Source of the DNA: Planctomycetaceae bacterium
GTDB lineage: Bacteria; Planctomycetota; Planctomycetia; Pirellulales; Thermoguttaceae
Direction: 5' to 3'
DNA: 35,543 nt
NCBI GenBank assembly: GCA_009776995.1
Contig: WRMR01000001.1
Location: forward strand, 1-35,543
Shown: positions 8,034-18,158 of the stretch, one piece after another
Layout of the letters: the number at the start of each line of letters is the position of its first letter
Position numbering within the stretch: the first letter of the stretch is position 1
Notes under the pieces: generated by a model
Seen by the model: the letters and a program-made list of their open reading frames with translations, nothing else
Told to the model about the DNA's origin: nothing
Database searches by the model: none
Made by a program: the position numbers and the translations under genes

Positions 8034-8302
8034 TATGGTCTCCTGGAGCGCAAGAGCAATGGAAGGAAATCCTTCGTTTTTATACAAAACGCAATGGTTC
8101 TGCCGACTATTCGCGCCGGTTGAATAAACAATTGCTTGCCATGCTTCGCATGATACGCCTTTGGCCTGAAATCGGTGAGGAAACGGACGGTGTGAGAAAT
8201 TATCGACGGCATGTTGTCGGGTACCATGCGGTTTATTACTGGATAACCAATGACGAAATTGAGGTCGCTGAAATCCGGGACGGCAGACGCGACGACGAAT
8301 AG
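8012..8302 (+). CDS. ParE/RelE-superfamily toxin (copy 3, intact)
   Basis: 96 aa: IWSPGAQEQWKEILRFYTKRNGSADYSRRLNKQLLAMLRMIRLWPEIGEE...VVGYHAVYYWITNDEIEVAEIRDGRRD. This is the typical ParE-like architecture, downstream of and overlapping a small antitoxin ORF. Confidence 0.7.
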   Translation: MRNKRKLIWSPGAQEQWKEILRFYTKRNGSADYSRRLNKQLLAMLRMIRLWPEIGEETDGVRNYRRHVVGYHAVYYWITNDEIEVAEIRDGRRDDE

Positions 8303-8320
8303 TGCAAAGGAACCTTGAAC

Positions 8321-8725
8321 ATGAGCAATGAAAACGAACCTATTGACGTTTCCCCTGAAAACCCGGGTGAAACGACTCCGCTACAAAAGACGTGGGGGAT
8401 GACGGAACATACCTACTGTATGTTAATGCACCTGTCAACCCTTTTGTCCGGATCGGGATTTGGAATTGCCGTTCCCATTGTCTTATGGGCGGTCAACAAA
8501 GACCAGTCGCAAGTCATAGATCAACATGGCAAGAACGTTTTGAATTTCATCATCAGCATGTTGATCTATGCTTTTGCATCCATTCCCTTGACATTCGTTG
8601 GTATTGGAATTGTAACCCTCATTGCGATAGCCATTGTTGCGATCGTATTCCCGATCATCGCCGCAGTCAAGGCCAATGACGGCAAGTATTGGCCTTACCC
8701 GTTGTGTATTCGGTTTTTCAAATAA
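8321..8725 (+). CDS. DUF4870-like membrane protein
   Basis: MLMHLSTLLSGSGFGIAVPIVLWAVNKDQSQVIDQHGKNVLNFIISMLIY plus further TM helices. The ORF opens at TTG 8315, and ATG 8321 is the likely start. Confidence 0.6.
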   Translation: MSNENEPIDVSPENPGETTPLQKTWGMTEHTYCMLMHLSTLLSGSGFGIAVPIVLWAVNKDQSQVIDQHGKNVLNFIISMLIYAFASIPLTFVGIGIVTLIAIAIVAIVFPIIAAVKANDGKYWPYPLCIRFFK

Positions 8726-8736
8726 CAAAACCTTAA

Positions 8737-10236
<1,500 letters not shown>

Positions 10237-10244
10237 TTGTTGTT

Positions 10245-10399
10245 GTCTGAACCAGGATTTTCATAAGATTTTTAAGAGTTTGCCAAGATGATTTTTTTCA
10301 GTAGAATCCTGGCCATTATGTAAACCTTGTGAAAATCCTGGTTCAGACTGAAAGAATCCCGGTGAATCATACCAATCCCGGAAAAATCCCGGTTCAGAC
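10245..10399. repeat. Inverted-repeat element filling the atpD-atpC spacer
   Basis: Perfect 19-bp inverted repeat GTCTGAACCAGGATTTTCA (10245-10263) / TGAAAATCCTGGTTCAGAC (10330-10348). A third imperfect copy GAAAAATCCCGGTTCAGAC lies at 10381-10399. The AATCC(T/C)GG motif recurs five times. Confidence 0.8.
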
Positions 10400-10402
10400 A
10401 AA

Positions 10403-10813
10403 ATGAAATGTTTAGTCGTCACTCCTGAAGAAACGGTTCTCGATGTTGATGCAACGTTTGTTGCGTTGCCGCTATATGACGGCGAAATCGGGATTGCGGA
10501 AAATCACACGCCGCTCGTCGGACGGCTTGGCTACGGCGAACTGCGCATCAGCCGGGATAAAAACGTGACGAGCGACGTGACCAGCTATTACGTCGAGGGC
10601 GGCTTCGTTGAGGTGCTGAACAACACCGTTTCGCTCTTGACGAACAAGGCCGTTCCCTTGGGCAGTCTCAACCTTCAGGAATCGCAGGCTGAACTCGAAT
10701 CGGCACTCAAAAAAACGGTGCAAACCGAGGAACAACTCCATCTGAAAGAGCAAACCGTTGCCGCCGCCCGTGCGCAGGTTCACCTGGCACAAAAATCCGC
10801 CGGCAAATCGTGA
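10403..10813 (+). CDS. atpC: F1 ATP synthase epsilon subunit
   Basis: MKCLVVTPEETVLDVDATFVALPLYDGEIGIAENHTPLVGRLGYGELRI... is the typical epsilon N-terminal beta-sandwich, followed by a helical C-terminus. It follows atpD. Confidence 0.9.
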   Translation: MKCLVVTPEETVLDVDATFVALPLYDGEIGIAENHTPLVGRLGYGELRISRDKNVTSDVTSYYVEGGFVEVLNNTVSLLTNKAVPLGSLNLQESQAELESALKKTVQTEEQLHLKEQTVAAARAQVHLAQKSAGKS

Positions 10814-10853
10814 TCCCGAAGGAGTTGCGCTAGACTCACGCGACCATTTCCAT

Positions 10854-10934
10854 CAGAGCCGCGAGAGTCATTGAGCGGTTGAAGCGGAGCAGAGTTTCAA
10901 ACCGTTCGACCGCTCCGCAACCATCGCGGCTCTG
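10854..10934. terminator. Compound hairpin between convergent atpC and hemC (possible bidirectional terminator)
   Basis: The outer stem is CAGAGCCGCGA (10854-10864) / TCGCGGCTCTG (10924-10934). An inner stem pairs GGTTG.AGCGGAGC with GCTCCGC.AACC. There is no flanking T tract. Confidence 0.4.
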
Positions 10935-10963
10935 AGGGATCGAACAACTTGTTTCGCGAGTCT

Positions 10964-11929
10964 TTAGCGCAGCAACTTCCCGGCTCCGGCGGCAATCAGT
11001 TCATCGGCAACACGACTGCCAAGTTGCACGGCGGTTTCGATGATTCTGTCGGTTTCCTGTGAGAAATGAACCATTGTTCCTTGCTTTTCGAGACGCCGGC
11101 TGCCATCGGGCGAAAGCACGCGTGCGAGAAGCGTCATCAATGCAACGGATGACAATTCGACCACACAGATCGCGGCAACCGGTGCCAGACAACCGCCGTG
11201 AAGCGAACGCAACAGCGAACGCTCGGCGGTCACTGCAACGTAAGTCGGCAGGTCGTTGAGGCAATCCAGCGCGGGGCGAAGTGTTTTCCTGTTTTCGGAA
11301 CGTACCTCAATCCCAAGTGCCCCTTGCCCGATGGCCGGCAGAAAGAACGGCAGGTCGAGCAGCGATGTGACGCGTTCCTGCAATCCGAGTCGCACAAGTC
11401 CCGCTTCGGCCAGAATAACGGCATCGTAATCCCCGGCGTCCAGCTTTTTCAAGCGAGTTTCGACGTTCCCGCGAATATCGGTGATTTGAAACCGTGAGCC
11501 GTACAGGTGGAGCAACTGGGCCTTGCGCCGGATACTGCCAGTGCCGATTCGCGAACCTTCGGGCAGTGCGTCAAGCGATGCAGCCTTGCGGGAAACAAAA
11601 GCGTCGCATAACGGTCCGCGTTTGGGTGAAGCGGCGAACTCCAGCCCCTCCACTTTTTCCGTCGGCAGGTCTTTGAGACTATGCACGGCCAAGTCGATTT
11701 CACCGTCAAGCAGGGCGCGTTGGATTTCCTTCGTAAACACCCCTTCGACGCCAAGTCCTGCGATTGGCCGGCCACGATCATGGTCGCCGCTGGTCCCGAT
11801 TTCGATGATTTGCGTGACGAAACCATGCCGCCGCAGTTCCGCTTCGACCCAATGAGCCTGCCATAAGGCCAACGTACTGCCGCGCGTTCCGATGCGAATG
11901 GGTTTCATGGGCAAAAATTCCTCGTTCAT
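10964..11929 (-). CDS. hemC: Hydroxymethylbilane synthase (porphobilinogen deaminase)
   Basis: IRIGTRGSTLALWQAHWV, GDHDRGRPIAGLGVEGVFTKEIQRALLDGEIDLAVHSLKDLP, IGTGSIRRKAQL and RGNVETRLKKL. Start is ambiguous (TTG 11932, ATG 11929 or ATG 11908). Confidence 0.93.
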   Translation of the reverse strand: MNEEFLPMKPIRIGTRGSTLALWQAHWVEAELRRHGFVTQIIEIGTSGDHDRGRPIAGLGVEGVFTKEIQRALLDGEIDLAVHSLKDLPTEKVEGLEFAASPKRGPLCDAFVSRKAASLDALPEGSRIGTGSIRRKAQLLHLYGSRFQITDIRGNVETRLKKLDAGDYDAVILAEAGLVRLGLQERVTSLLDLPFFLPAIGQGALGIEVRSENRKTLRPALDCLNDLPTYVAVTAERSLLRSLHGGCLAPVAAICVVELSSVALMTLLARVLSPDGSRRLEKQGTMVHFSQETDRIIETAVQLGSRVADELIAAGAGKLLR

Positions 11930-11932
11930 CAA

Positions 11933-12280
11933 TTACAAAACATAATCCATCGCATACAGGATGGCCGACGAATTCATTCCCCGTGTTCCGGCAAATTGGA
12001 CGATAATATTCCTCAGTTCCTGTTCATTTTTTGCGGAATGAATGCGTTGAACGGTGTCTTGCGTAAGCAGAAAATACCGGGTCATAAACGCCAGCTTTGC
12101 CGTGTCCGTATTGGGATACCGCGCAATGAACTCGTCGAGCGAATCGGCGTCGGCATGGCTGGGCAGGGCGTTCCAATACCGCTCCGCCGCCTGCTCTGCG
12201 GAATTCTGGCCAAATAACGGGCAGGACAGGAACGCTACGAAAAGGACAAAGAGAAACGTGGAGCAGGGGTTGGGTTTCAT
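11933..12280 (-). CDS. Small secreted hypothetical protein
   Basis: 115 aa with signal peptide MKPNPCSTFLFVLFVAFLSCPLFG. Its stop abuts the hemC start. No recognisable family. Confidence 0.5.
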   Translation of the reverse strand: MKPNPCSTFLFVLFVAFLSCPLFGQNSAEQAAERYWNALPSHADADSLDEFIARYPNTDTAKLAFMTRYFLLTQDTVQRIHSAKNEQELRNIIVQFAGTRGMNSSAILYAMDYVL

Positions 12281-12343
12281 TGAGGTTACTCCGTTGGTTG
12301 TTGTGAATTTTTTGAATCAATGATGTCTCTTGGCTTCGTTTAA

Positions 12344-13771
12344 CTACTCCTCGCGAACCAGGGACAAACGCAAGCCCGCGGCGTCGCCCCGGCCCGACGG
12401 GCCGTTGCTGCCCCGATACGCAGACCGGCAGTACCTGGCGTCGTCGCACCAGCTCCCGCCACGCAGGACGCGGCCCGAGCCCGTCGGTGGCCCCACGGGA
12501 TCAGTCACATTACCGTTCGGGTACTCTCCGTACCAATCCCAACACCACTCCCAAACGTTGCCGTGCATGTCGTAGAGTCCCCAGGCATTCGCAGGATAGG
12601 AACCTGTAACAGTCGTTTTTTCCACATACGGGCCATTCGTGGACGTGCCGTAAGGATAATTCCCTCTACAGTTCGCCTTGTCACCATTCAAAACACTGCC
12701 AAAATGAAACGGCGTCGTCGTTCCCGCACGACAGGCATACTCCCACTGCGCTTCCGTCGGTAACGAAAACCGGTAACCCGCAGGAGCCATGTTCAACGCA
12801 TTGAATTTGCGTATAGACTCCTGGCAATCCTCCCACGAAACCATTTCCACAGGCAGCTTGCTGTTGCCTTTAAAATGACTTGGATTATTGCCCGTCACAC
12901 TTTCCCACATCTCCTGCGTCACCTCTGACTCAAGCATCCAAAAACCTTTCGTCAATGTCACCTGATGCTGTGTTTCACCATCAATTCGCTCCGCTTCTGT
13001 GGGCGGACTTCCCATCATAAATGTCCCGGCCGGACACCAGCGGAAAGGATACTCCACACCCTTGATCGTCAAAACCATCCGTGTGCCTGCTCTGCGGTTG
13101 TTCTCTCCTATGTTTTCTCTGCCGTTGTTCTCTTCACGCCCTTGGGCCGTCCATTTCACTGTGGCCGGCTTACCGTCGAGTATCCTGTCCGGTATTGGTT
13201 CCGTTTGCGTGATGACCAGCCCGCCGAAATTCCGCGACGGATAAGGAATCGCGCATCGGAATGTGACACTCCGGATTCCGACTGTTCCTTCCGTGGCGAG
13301 AATCTTCAGCGAGTTTTCACGCTGGAACTCATCCAACTTCAACGTTTCGGTAAAATCGCGGCCCCCGGTGAATTCAAAAACACGGGTTTTACCTGTTTCA
13401 TCGGTTAAAGATTGACTGTTCCAGCGAATCCGGGCTTTTCCCGTCACTTCCGCATTGAAAACACACTGGATCACGGCCTCCACGGTTTTCACGTCCTTCG
13501 GCAACGAGAACTTGAACTCTAGGGAATCATCCACTTTTCCAAGTTTCCAGAATTGATAGCTGCCGCCTTCCGCAATGCCGCCGCCATCAAGTCCAACCCC
13601 AACAGCGTTGTCCGGCGACACCGCCTCGCCGTCTTTCAGTGAAACAAACAACGTGCGGGGGTAAGTCAATTCCCCGGCGTCAAGTTCCCGGGCTGAAGCG
13701 GATGCAAAAACCGTGAGAATCAGAGACAGGAACAAAAACTGCTTCAAGATGCTCATTGGCCATTGACGCAT
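12344..13771 (-). CDS. Secreted protein with C-terminal formylglycine-generating-enzyme (SUMF1/FGE-sulfatase) domain
   Basis: Signal peptide, then a roughly 240-aa unknown N-domain. The C-terminal domain has CPAGTFMMGSP, VTLTKGFWMLESEVTQEMW, LPVEMVSWEDC, RFSLPTEAQWEYACRAGT, YDMHGNVWEWCWDWY and VLRGGSW. Confidence 0.85.
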   Translation of the reverse strand: MRQWPMSILKQFLFLSLILTVFASASARELDAGELTYPRTLFVSLKDGEAVSPDNAVGVGLDGGGIAEGGSYQFWKLGKVDDSLEFKFSLPKDVKTVEAVIQCVFNAEVTGKARIRWNSQSLTDETGKTRVFEFTGGRDFTETLKLDEFQRENSLKILATEGTVGIRSVTFRCAIPYPSRNFGGLVITQTEPIPDRILDGKPATVKWTAQGREENNGRENIGENNRRAGTRMVLTIKGVEYPFRWCPAGTFMMGSPPTEAERIDGETQHQVTLTKGFWMLESEVTQEMWESVTGNNPSHFKGNSKLPVEMVSWEDCQESIRKFNALNMAPAGYRFSLPTEAQWEYACRAGTTTPFHFGSVLNGDKANCRGNYPYGTSTNGPYVEKTTVTGSYPANAWGLYDMHGNVWEWCWDWYGEYPNGNVTDPVGPPTGSGRVLRGGSWCDDARYCRSAYRGSNGPSGRGDAAGLRLSLVREE

Positions 13772-14019
13772 GGGATTTCCTCACTTGAAAATTGAATCGT
13801 ACTTGTATCAAAACTGTAAACTATCAGTAAACTATATCAAAAAGGCATCTCAAATGCAATCCGTTTGTCCATTCGATTTTGATAATTTACCGATAGATTT
13901 CCCGTTTCATTTCTTAAACATAACATAAATCAAAAATCTTTAAAAACCACAATTTCGGTTTACCCTGACGAAAGTTCAGCACAAATATCAATAATTCCAA
14001 GTGTCAGGCGGCTTTATTC

Positions 14020-14048
14020 TTGACAGAATCGTTCAAAAAACACATAAT
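14020..14048 (+). promoter_or_regulatory. Sigma70-like promoter candidate upstream of the metallophosphoesterase gene
   Basis: TTGACA (14020-14025), a 17-nt spacer, then CATAAT (14043-14048), inside a 340-bp AT-rich divergent spacer. Promoter rules for this phylum are poorly known. Confidence 0.35.
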
Positions 14049-14109
14049 AGAAGAATTACCATTAGATTACAACCCGGCGTCAAGCCATTGACACGAATGT
14101 GGTGTTCCA

Positions 14110-14862
14110 TTGAGACGTGCCATCATCAGTGACATTCACAGTAACCTCGAAGCCTTGGACGCGGTGCTGAAAGACATTGAGTTGCAAGGGGCGGACGAGA
14201 TTTTCTGTCTCGGCGATTCGGTCGGTTACGGTCCCAATCCGCTGGAGTGCATCGATTTGGTGATGGAAAAAGCCAAGGTCTGCCTGCTCGGAAATCACGA
14301 TCAGGCAACGCTTTTCGACCCGGAAGGCTTCAACATCGGGGCGGAACAGGCGATTTTCTGGACGCGGGACCAACTTGAGAATTTCCACGACCCCAAGGCG
14401 AACGCCCGCTGGGATTTTCTTGGAGCCTTGCCCCGCTCCTATCGGGTGGACGACTTTTTCTTTGTCCACGGCAGCCCCCGCAACCCGCTCAATGAGTACG
14501 TTTTTCAGGAAGATATCTTCGACGAGCGAAAAATGGACCGCCTTTTCGACATTGTGCCGCACTGCTCGTTTCAGGGACACACCCATGTCCCCGGCGTTTT
14601 CACCGAAGACCGCAAATTTTACACTCCCGCCGATATGGACATGGTTTACACCATCGAACCGGGATTCAAGGCCATGATCAATGTCGGTTCGGTCGGGCAG
14701 CCGCGAGACCACGATCAACGGGCCTGTTACGCCATCTGGGACGACGAAACGGGAACAGTCACCTATCGCCGCGTCGAGTATCACGTCAAAATCACCGTCG
14801 AGAAAATCCACCAGATGCCGGTTGACAGGTTTCTCGGCGACCGGTTGCTCGACGGAAAGTGA
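14110..14862 (+). CDS. Metallophosphoesterase (calcineurin-like phosphoesterase family)
   Basis: ISDIHSNLEALDAVL, FCLGDSVGYGPNP, LLGNHD, FVHGSPRNP and QGHTHVP form the standard D-x-H / GD / GNH(D/E) / H / GH motif set. TTG start. Confidence 0.85.
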   Translation: MRRAIISDIHSNLEALDAVLKDIELQGADEIFCLGDSVGYGPNPLECIDLVMEKAKVCLLGNHDQATLFDPEGFNIGAEQAIFWTRDQLENFHDPKANARWDFLGALPRSYRVDDFFFVHGSPRNPLNEYVFQEDIFDERKMDRLFDIVPHCSFQGHTHVPGVFTEDRKFYTPADMDMVYTIEPGFKAMINVGSVGQPRDHDQRACYAIWDDETGTVTYRRVEYHVKITVEKIHQMPVDRFLGDRLLDGK

Positions 14863-14863
14863 G

Positions 14864-14895
14864 GCAGAATGCAGAATGCAGAATGCAGAATGCAC
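14864..14895. repeat. Tandem heptamer array (GCAGAAT)x4 + GCAC, left arm of an inverted pair
   Basis: Read directly. It starts 2 nt after the phosphoesterase stop. It is complementary (about 26 of 27 positions) to 15417-15447. Confidence 0.9.
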
Positions 14896-15032
14896 TTGCG
14901 CAACTGGTGATTAAGGTGAAATAACGATATACGAAAACGAAAAAGGAAGTTTAGTGCAAAATAGAGTTATGTGCAAGTGCTGGTGAATGTTCCCTCATTC
15001 TGTATTTTCCATTTTGCATTCACTGGGTTACC

Positions 15033-15416
15033 ATGAAAGAATCCATACTTCGCGACAAAAGCTATGCGTTTGCCTTGCGAATAGTGAATCTGGCAAAGTA
15101 TTTGCAGACGAAAAAGCGCGAATTTATCCTTAGTAAACAGATACTTCGGAGTGGAACCGCTATTGGAGCATTGGTCAGAGAGTCTGAACGCGCAGAAAGT
15201 ACAGCGGATTTTGCTCACAAACTGAATATCGCGTTGAAAGAAGCCGACGAGACAGACTTTTGGCTTTCATTATTGAAAGACTCAGATTTTATGAATGAGA
15301 AATCTTACGTGAGCATTTCAAGAGATTGCCAGGAACTGATTTCCATTCTTGTTGCTTCCATCATAACAGCCAAGAAGAATGCCAAACGAAAAACACAGAA
15401 TGAGAACAAAGAATGA
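15033..15416 (+). CDS. Four-helix-bundle protein (23S rRNA intervening-sequence protein family, TIGR02436-like)
   Basis: 127 aa: SYAFALRIVNLAKYLQTKKREFILSKQILRSGTAIGALVRESERAESTADFAHKLNIALKEADETDFWLSLL is the family signature. Confidence 0.85.
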   Translation: MKESILRDKSYAFALRIVNLAKYLQTKKREFILSKQILRSGTAIGALVRESERAESTADFAHKLNIALKEADETDFWLSLLKDSDFMNEKSYVSISRDCQELISILVASIITAKKNAKRKTQNENKE

Positions 15417-15447
15417 ATTCTGCACTCTGCATTCTGCATTCTGCATT
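15417..15447. repeat. Heptamer array ATTCTGC-ACTCTGC-ATTCTGC-ATTCTGC-ATT, right arm of the inverted pair
   Basis: It starts immediately after the stop codon of the four-helix-bundle gene. Its reverse complement is AATGCAGAATGCAGAATGCAGAGTGCAGAAT. Confidence 0.9.
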
Positions 15448-15489
15448 ACCATATAACCACAAAGCCACACTTTTCATATTCCGTTCCCC

Positions 15490-18042
15490 ATGAACCAATT
15501 CGAGAACCCGAACGACCGTTACGCCGCGTCACAACGCCAGATGATCACGTTTATTTTTCTGATGGCGGCGGTTTTTCTTTTTTTGCAATGGATGCGACCG
15601 CCACAGCAGCCCAGGCAAGGGAACAATCCGGCGCAACAAACCGAAGATGATCCGGTGAACGCCCTTTTCAACGGTAACGAAACGACAGGCGATGACGCCG
15701 TTGAGACGCTTGATGTTCCGGTGTTTCCGGGTTCTTACGTAACACTCGGTTCGGCGGATCCGAAAAGTCCGTACAACATGCTTGTCACGCTGTCCAGCCG
15801 GGGAGCGACTGTGCGGCAGATCGACATGAACAAGCCGCAATATCGTGACACGCAAGACTCGACCGGCTGGATGGGACAGATCGTTGTTGAATTGGCCGAC
15901 ATGCCCGAATACGGTTGCCCGGTGCAGGTGGTCGGTCAGGGAACACCGGCGGAAGCGGCGGGACTACAGCCGGGCGACGTGATTGTCCAATTCAACAACA
16001 CGGACATTGCGTCGTTTGAGGATTTGCGAAAAGCCCTGCTTGCAACGAAGCCGAATCAAACCTGCAAGTTGACCGTCCAACGTGCTGAAGCCGAAGTCAA
16101 ACTGGAAGTCAGGCTGACACAAGCTCCTCTGTCGATTGTGCGACCGGAAACGCCGGTGACCGACTTCGAGTCCTACAAGAATCTGACCGGCTTGCACGCT
16201 TACGATGCAGAAACGCAACCGCCGCTGTCGTTCGCGATGACATTCGAGCGGATCGACAGTGCTGAGTTGCCGATGCCTCTGTGTCTCCGCCCCGCCCGGG
16301 ATGACCAGGACTTTGACAGCCGTCCGGCACGATTTGGGCAGGACACGCCGCGCGACACCGGCATCGAAAACGAACTGCCAGGCGTCAAGCTCCGCTCGGA
16401 TCACTGGAAACTCGAATCAGTCGATGAAAACGAAGTGGTTTTTTTGCAATATATTCCCAAGTCGCGGCTGGAGGTGCGAAAGACCTATCGTTTGGAAAAA
16501 ACCGCGAATGACGCCGACCCCGGTTATGCCCTGACACTCAAAATTGACATCAAAAATACCGGGGAACGGGAGCGTAAAGTTGCCTACCTGCTTGACGGTC
16601 CGTCGGGATTGCCGATTCAGGGTGCCTGGTATGCGGCCGGCCGCAAAACCGGTCCCGGCTGGTCGGGCTACGGAATGCGGGATATTGTCTATCAACTCCA
16701 TGACAAGCCTTCCGATGTTCTGACATGCAACAAGATTGCTGCCGACAAACACGACAAAATTGCGGTTGACCTTGCAACCCGCCGAAAACTGCTGGATTAT
16801 ATCGGCGTCGATACGCAGTATTTTCAATGCACGATGATCACAGACCGGGAGGACTTGGAGGAATCGAATCTCGAATACGTCGTCCCCATGCGGGTTGGCA
16901 CATTCACGAAAGCTTGGCCTGTTGTCACAAATGTGTCGTTTCGGCTTGTCAGTGCCGAAAAAACATTGCAACCGGAGGAAACGCTCTCGCACGAGTACAA
17001 AATTTTCGCCGGCCCGAAACAACCGGAGACGCTGGAAGCCTACGGATTGCGCGACACCTTGTACTACGGCTGGTTTGCCTGGTTCGTCAAGCCGTTGCTT
17101 TGGCTGTTGCACGTGTTCCATTTTTTCATTCGCAGCTATGCACTGGCGATCATCCTGCTGACCATCGTGGTGCGATTGCTCCTTTATCGCTTGAACCGCA
17201 AGCAGATGCTCAGCATGATGCGCATGCAGGAAATGAAACCGGAAATGGAGAAAATCACCGAAAAATACAAGGACGACATGCAGGAACGCTCGAAGGCATT
17301 GCAGGAATTGTACCGGAAACACAATTTCAATCCGCTTTCGGGCTGTTTGCCGATGCTGATCCAGTTGCCGATTTTGGTCGCGCTGTACAAGGCACTTTCG
17401 GTCGATGTCGAGTTGTACGGTGCCTCACTGCTGGGAAGCGGCGTTCGCTGGTGTTCCGACATGGCCGCCCCGGACCGGCTTTGGGATTGGAGTAACCTCT
17501 GGATTTCCCTGGGCTGGACGAGTTTCAATAACGGGTACAACATGTTTGCGCTCGGCCCGTACCTGAACGTGCTGCCGGTCATCACGATTATCCTGTTTCT
17601 CGTGCAACAGTCCGTCATGATGCCTCCGCCGACCACCGATCAGGAAAAACAAATGCGCACGATGATGAAATTCATGATGATCTTTATGGCCTTCATGTTT
17701 TTCAAAGTGCCGAGCGGTTTGTGTATTTATTTTATCGCCAGTTCGCTCTGGGGCTTTGCCGAGAAGAGATTTCTGCCGAAACCCAAACCGGTAAGCGCGT
17801 CCGACGGCACATCTCCGCCGCCGGCTGAAGTGACCGTGACCGACCGCAAATACCCTGTTCGCCCGGTCGATGACCGCGAATCGAAAAAGAAAAAGAAGCA
17901 CAAGCAGTCGCCGACCAACGAAGACGAGCCGCAGGGTTTTTGGCAGGAGATCAAATCCCGCTGGAAACGGGTTCTCGAAGAAGCCCAACATCGCCCCGGT
18001 GACTCCCAAAAACCGGGACGAAGACGGACGCGGAAGAAGTAG
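15490..18042 (+). CDS. yidC: Membrane protein insertase YidC, long form with PDZ-like insert and basic C-terminal tail
   Basis: The conserved core is YGWFAWFVKPLLWLLHVFH...YALAIILLTIVVRLLLYRLNRKQMLSMMRMQEMKPEMEKITEKYKDD...ELYRKHNFNPLSGCLPMLIQLPILVALYKAL. A PDZ-like segment GTPAEAAGLQPGDVIVQFNNTDIASFEDLRKAL lies in the periplasmic domain. The tail is Lys/Arg-rich. Confidence 0.92.
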   Translation: MNQFENPNDRYAASQRQMITFIFLMAAVFLFLQWMRPPQQPRQGNNPAQQTEDDPVNALFNGNETTGDDAVETLDVPVFPGSYVTLGSADPKSPYNMLVTLSSRGATVRQIDMNKPQYRDTQDSTGWMGQIVVELADMPEYGCPVQVVGQGTPAEAAGLQPGDVIVQFNNTDIASFEDLRKALLATKPNQTCKLTVQRAEAEVKLEVRLTQAPLSIVRPETPVTDFESYKNLTGLHAYDAETQPPLSFAMTFERIDSAELPMPLCLRPARDDQDFDSRPARFGQDTPRDTGIENELPGVKLRSDHWKLESVDENEVVFLQYIPKSRLEVRKTYRLEKTANDADPGYALTLKIDIKNTGERERKVAYLLDGPSGLPIQGAWYAAGRKTGPGWSGYGMRDIVYQLHDKPSDVLTCNKIAADKHDKIAVDLATRRKLLDYIGVDTQYFQCTMITDREDLEESNLEYVVPMRVGTFTKAWPVVTNVSFRLVSAEKTLQPEETLSHEYKIFAGPKQPETLEAYGLRDTLYYGWFAWFVKPLLWLLHVFHFFIRSYALAIILLTIVVRLLLYRLNRKQMLSMMRMQEMKPEMEKITEKYKDDMQERSKALQELYRKHNFNPLSGCLPMLIQLPILVALYKALSVDVELYGASLLGSGVRWCSDMAAPDRLWDWSNLWISLGWTSFNNGYNMFALGPYLNVLPVITIILFLVQQSVMMPPPTTDQEKQMRTMMKFMMIFMAFMFFKVPSGLCIYFIASSLWGFAEKRFLPKPKPVSASDGTSPPPAEVTVTDRKYPVRPVDDRESKKKKKHKQSPTNEDEPQGFWQEIKSRWKRVLEEAQHRPGDSQKPGRRRTRKK

Positions 18043-18158
18043 CAAACATTTCAGCGGATGATTTGCCAAAGTGGTCTTGAACGTGCCGAAAACTCTTGCT
18101 ATAACGTTTTCTTAGCCGTTCACGATTTTTCAACTTACCCCTTTCCTGGAAATGACTG

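Noticed and set aside
14864-14895. Start of minus-strand ORF 14080-14895 (MHSAFCILHSAS...) as a real N-terminus
   Set aside because: The peptide is simply the translation of the GCAGAAT heptamer array, and the rest of the ORF is antisense to the metallophosphoesterase gene.
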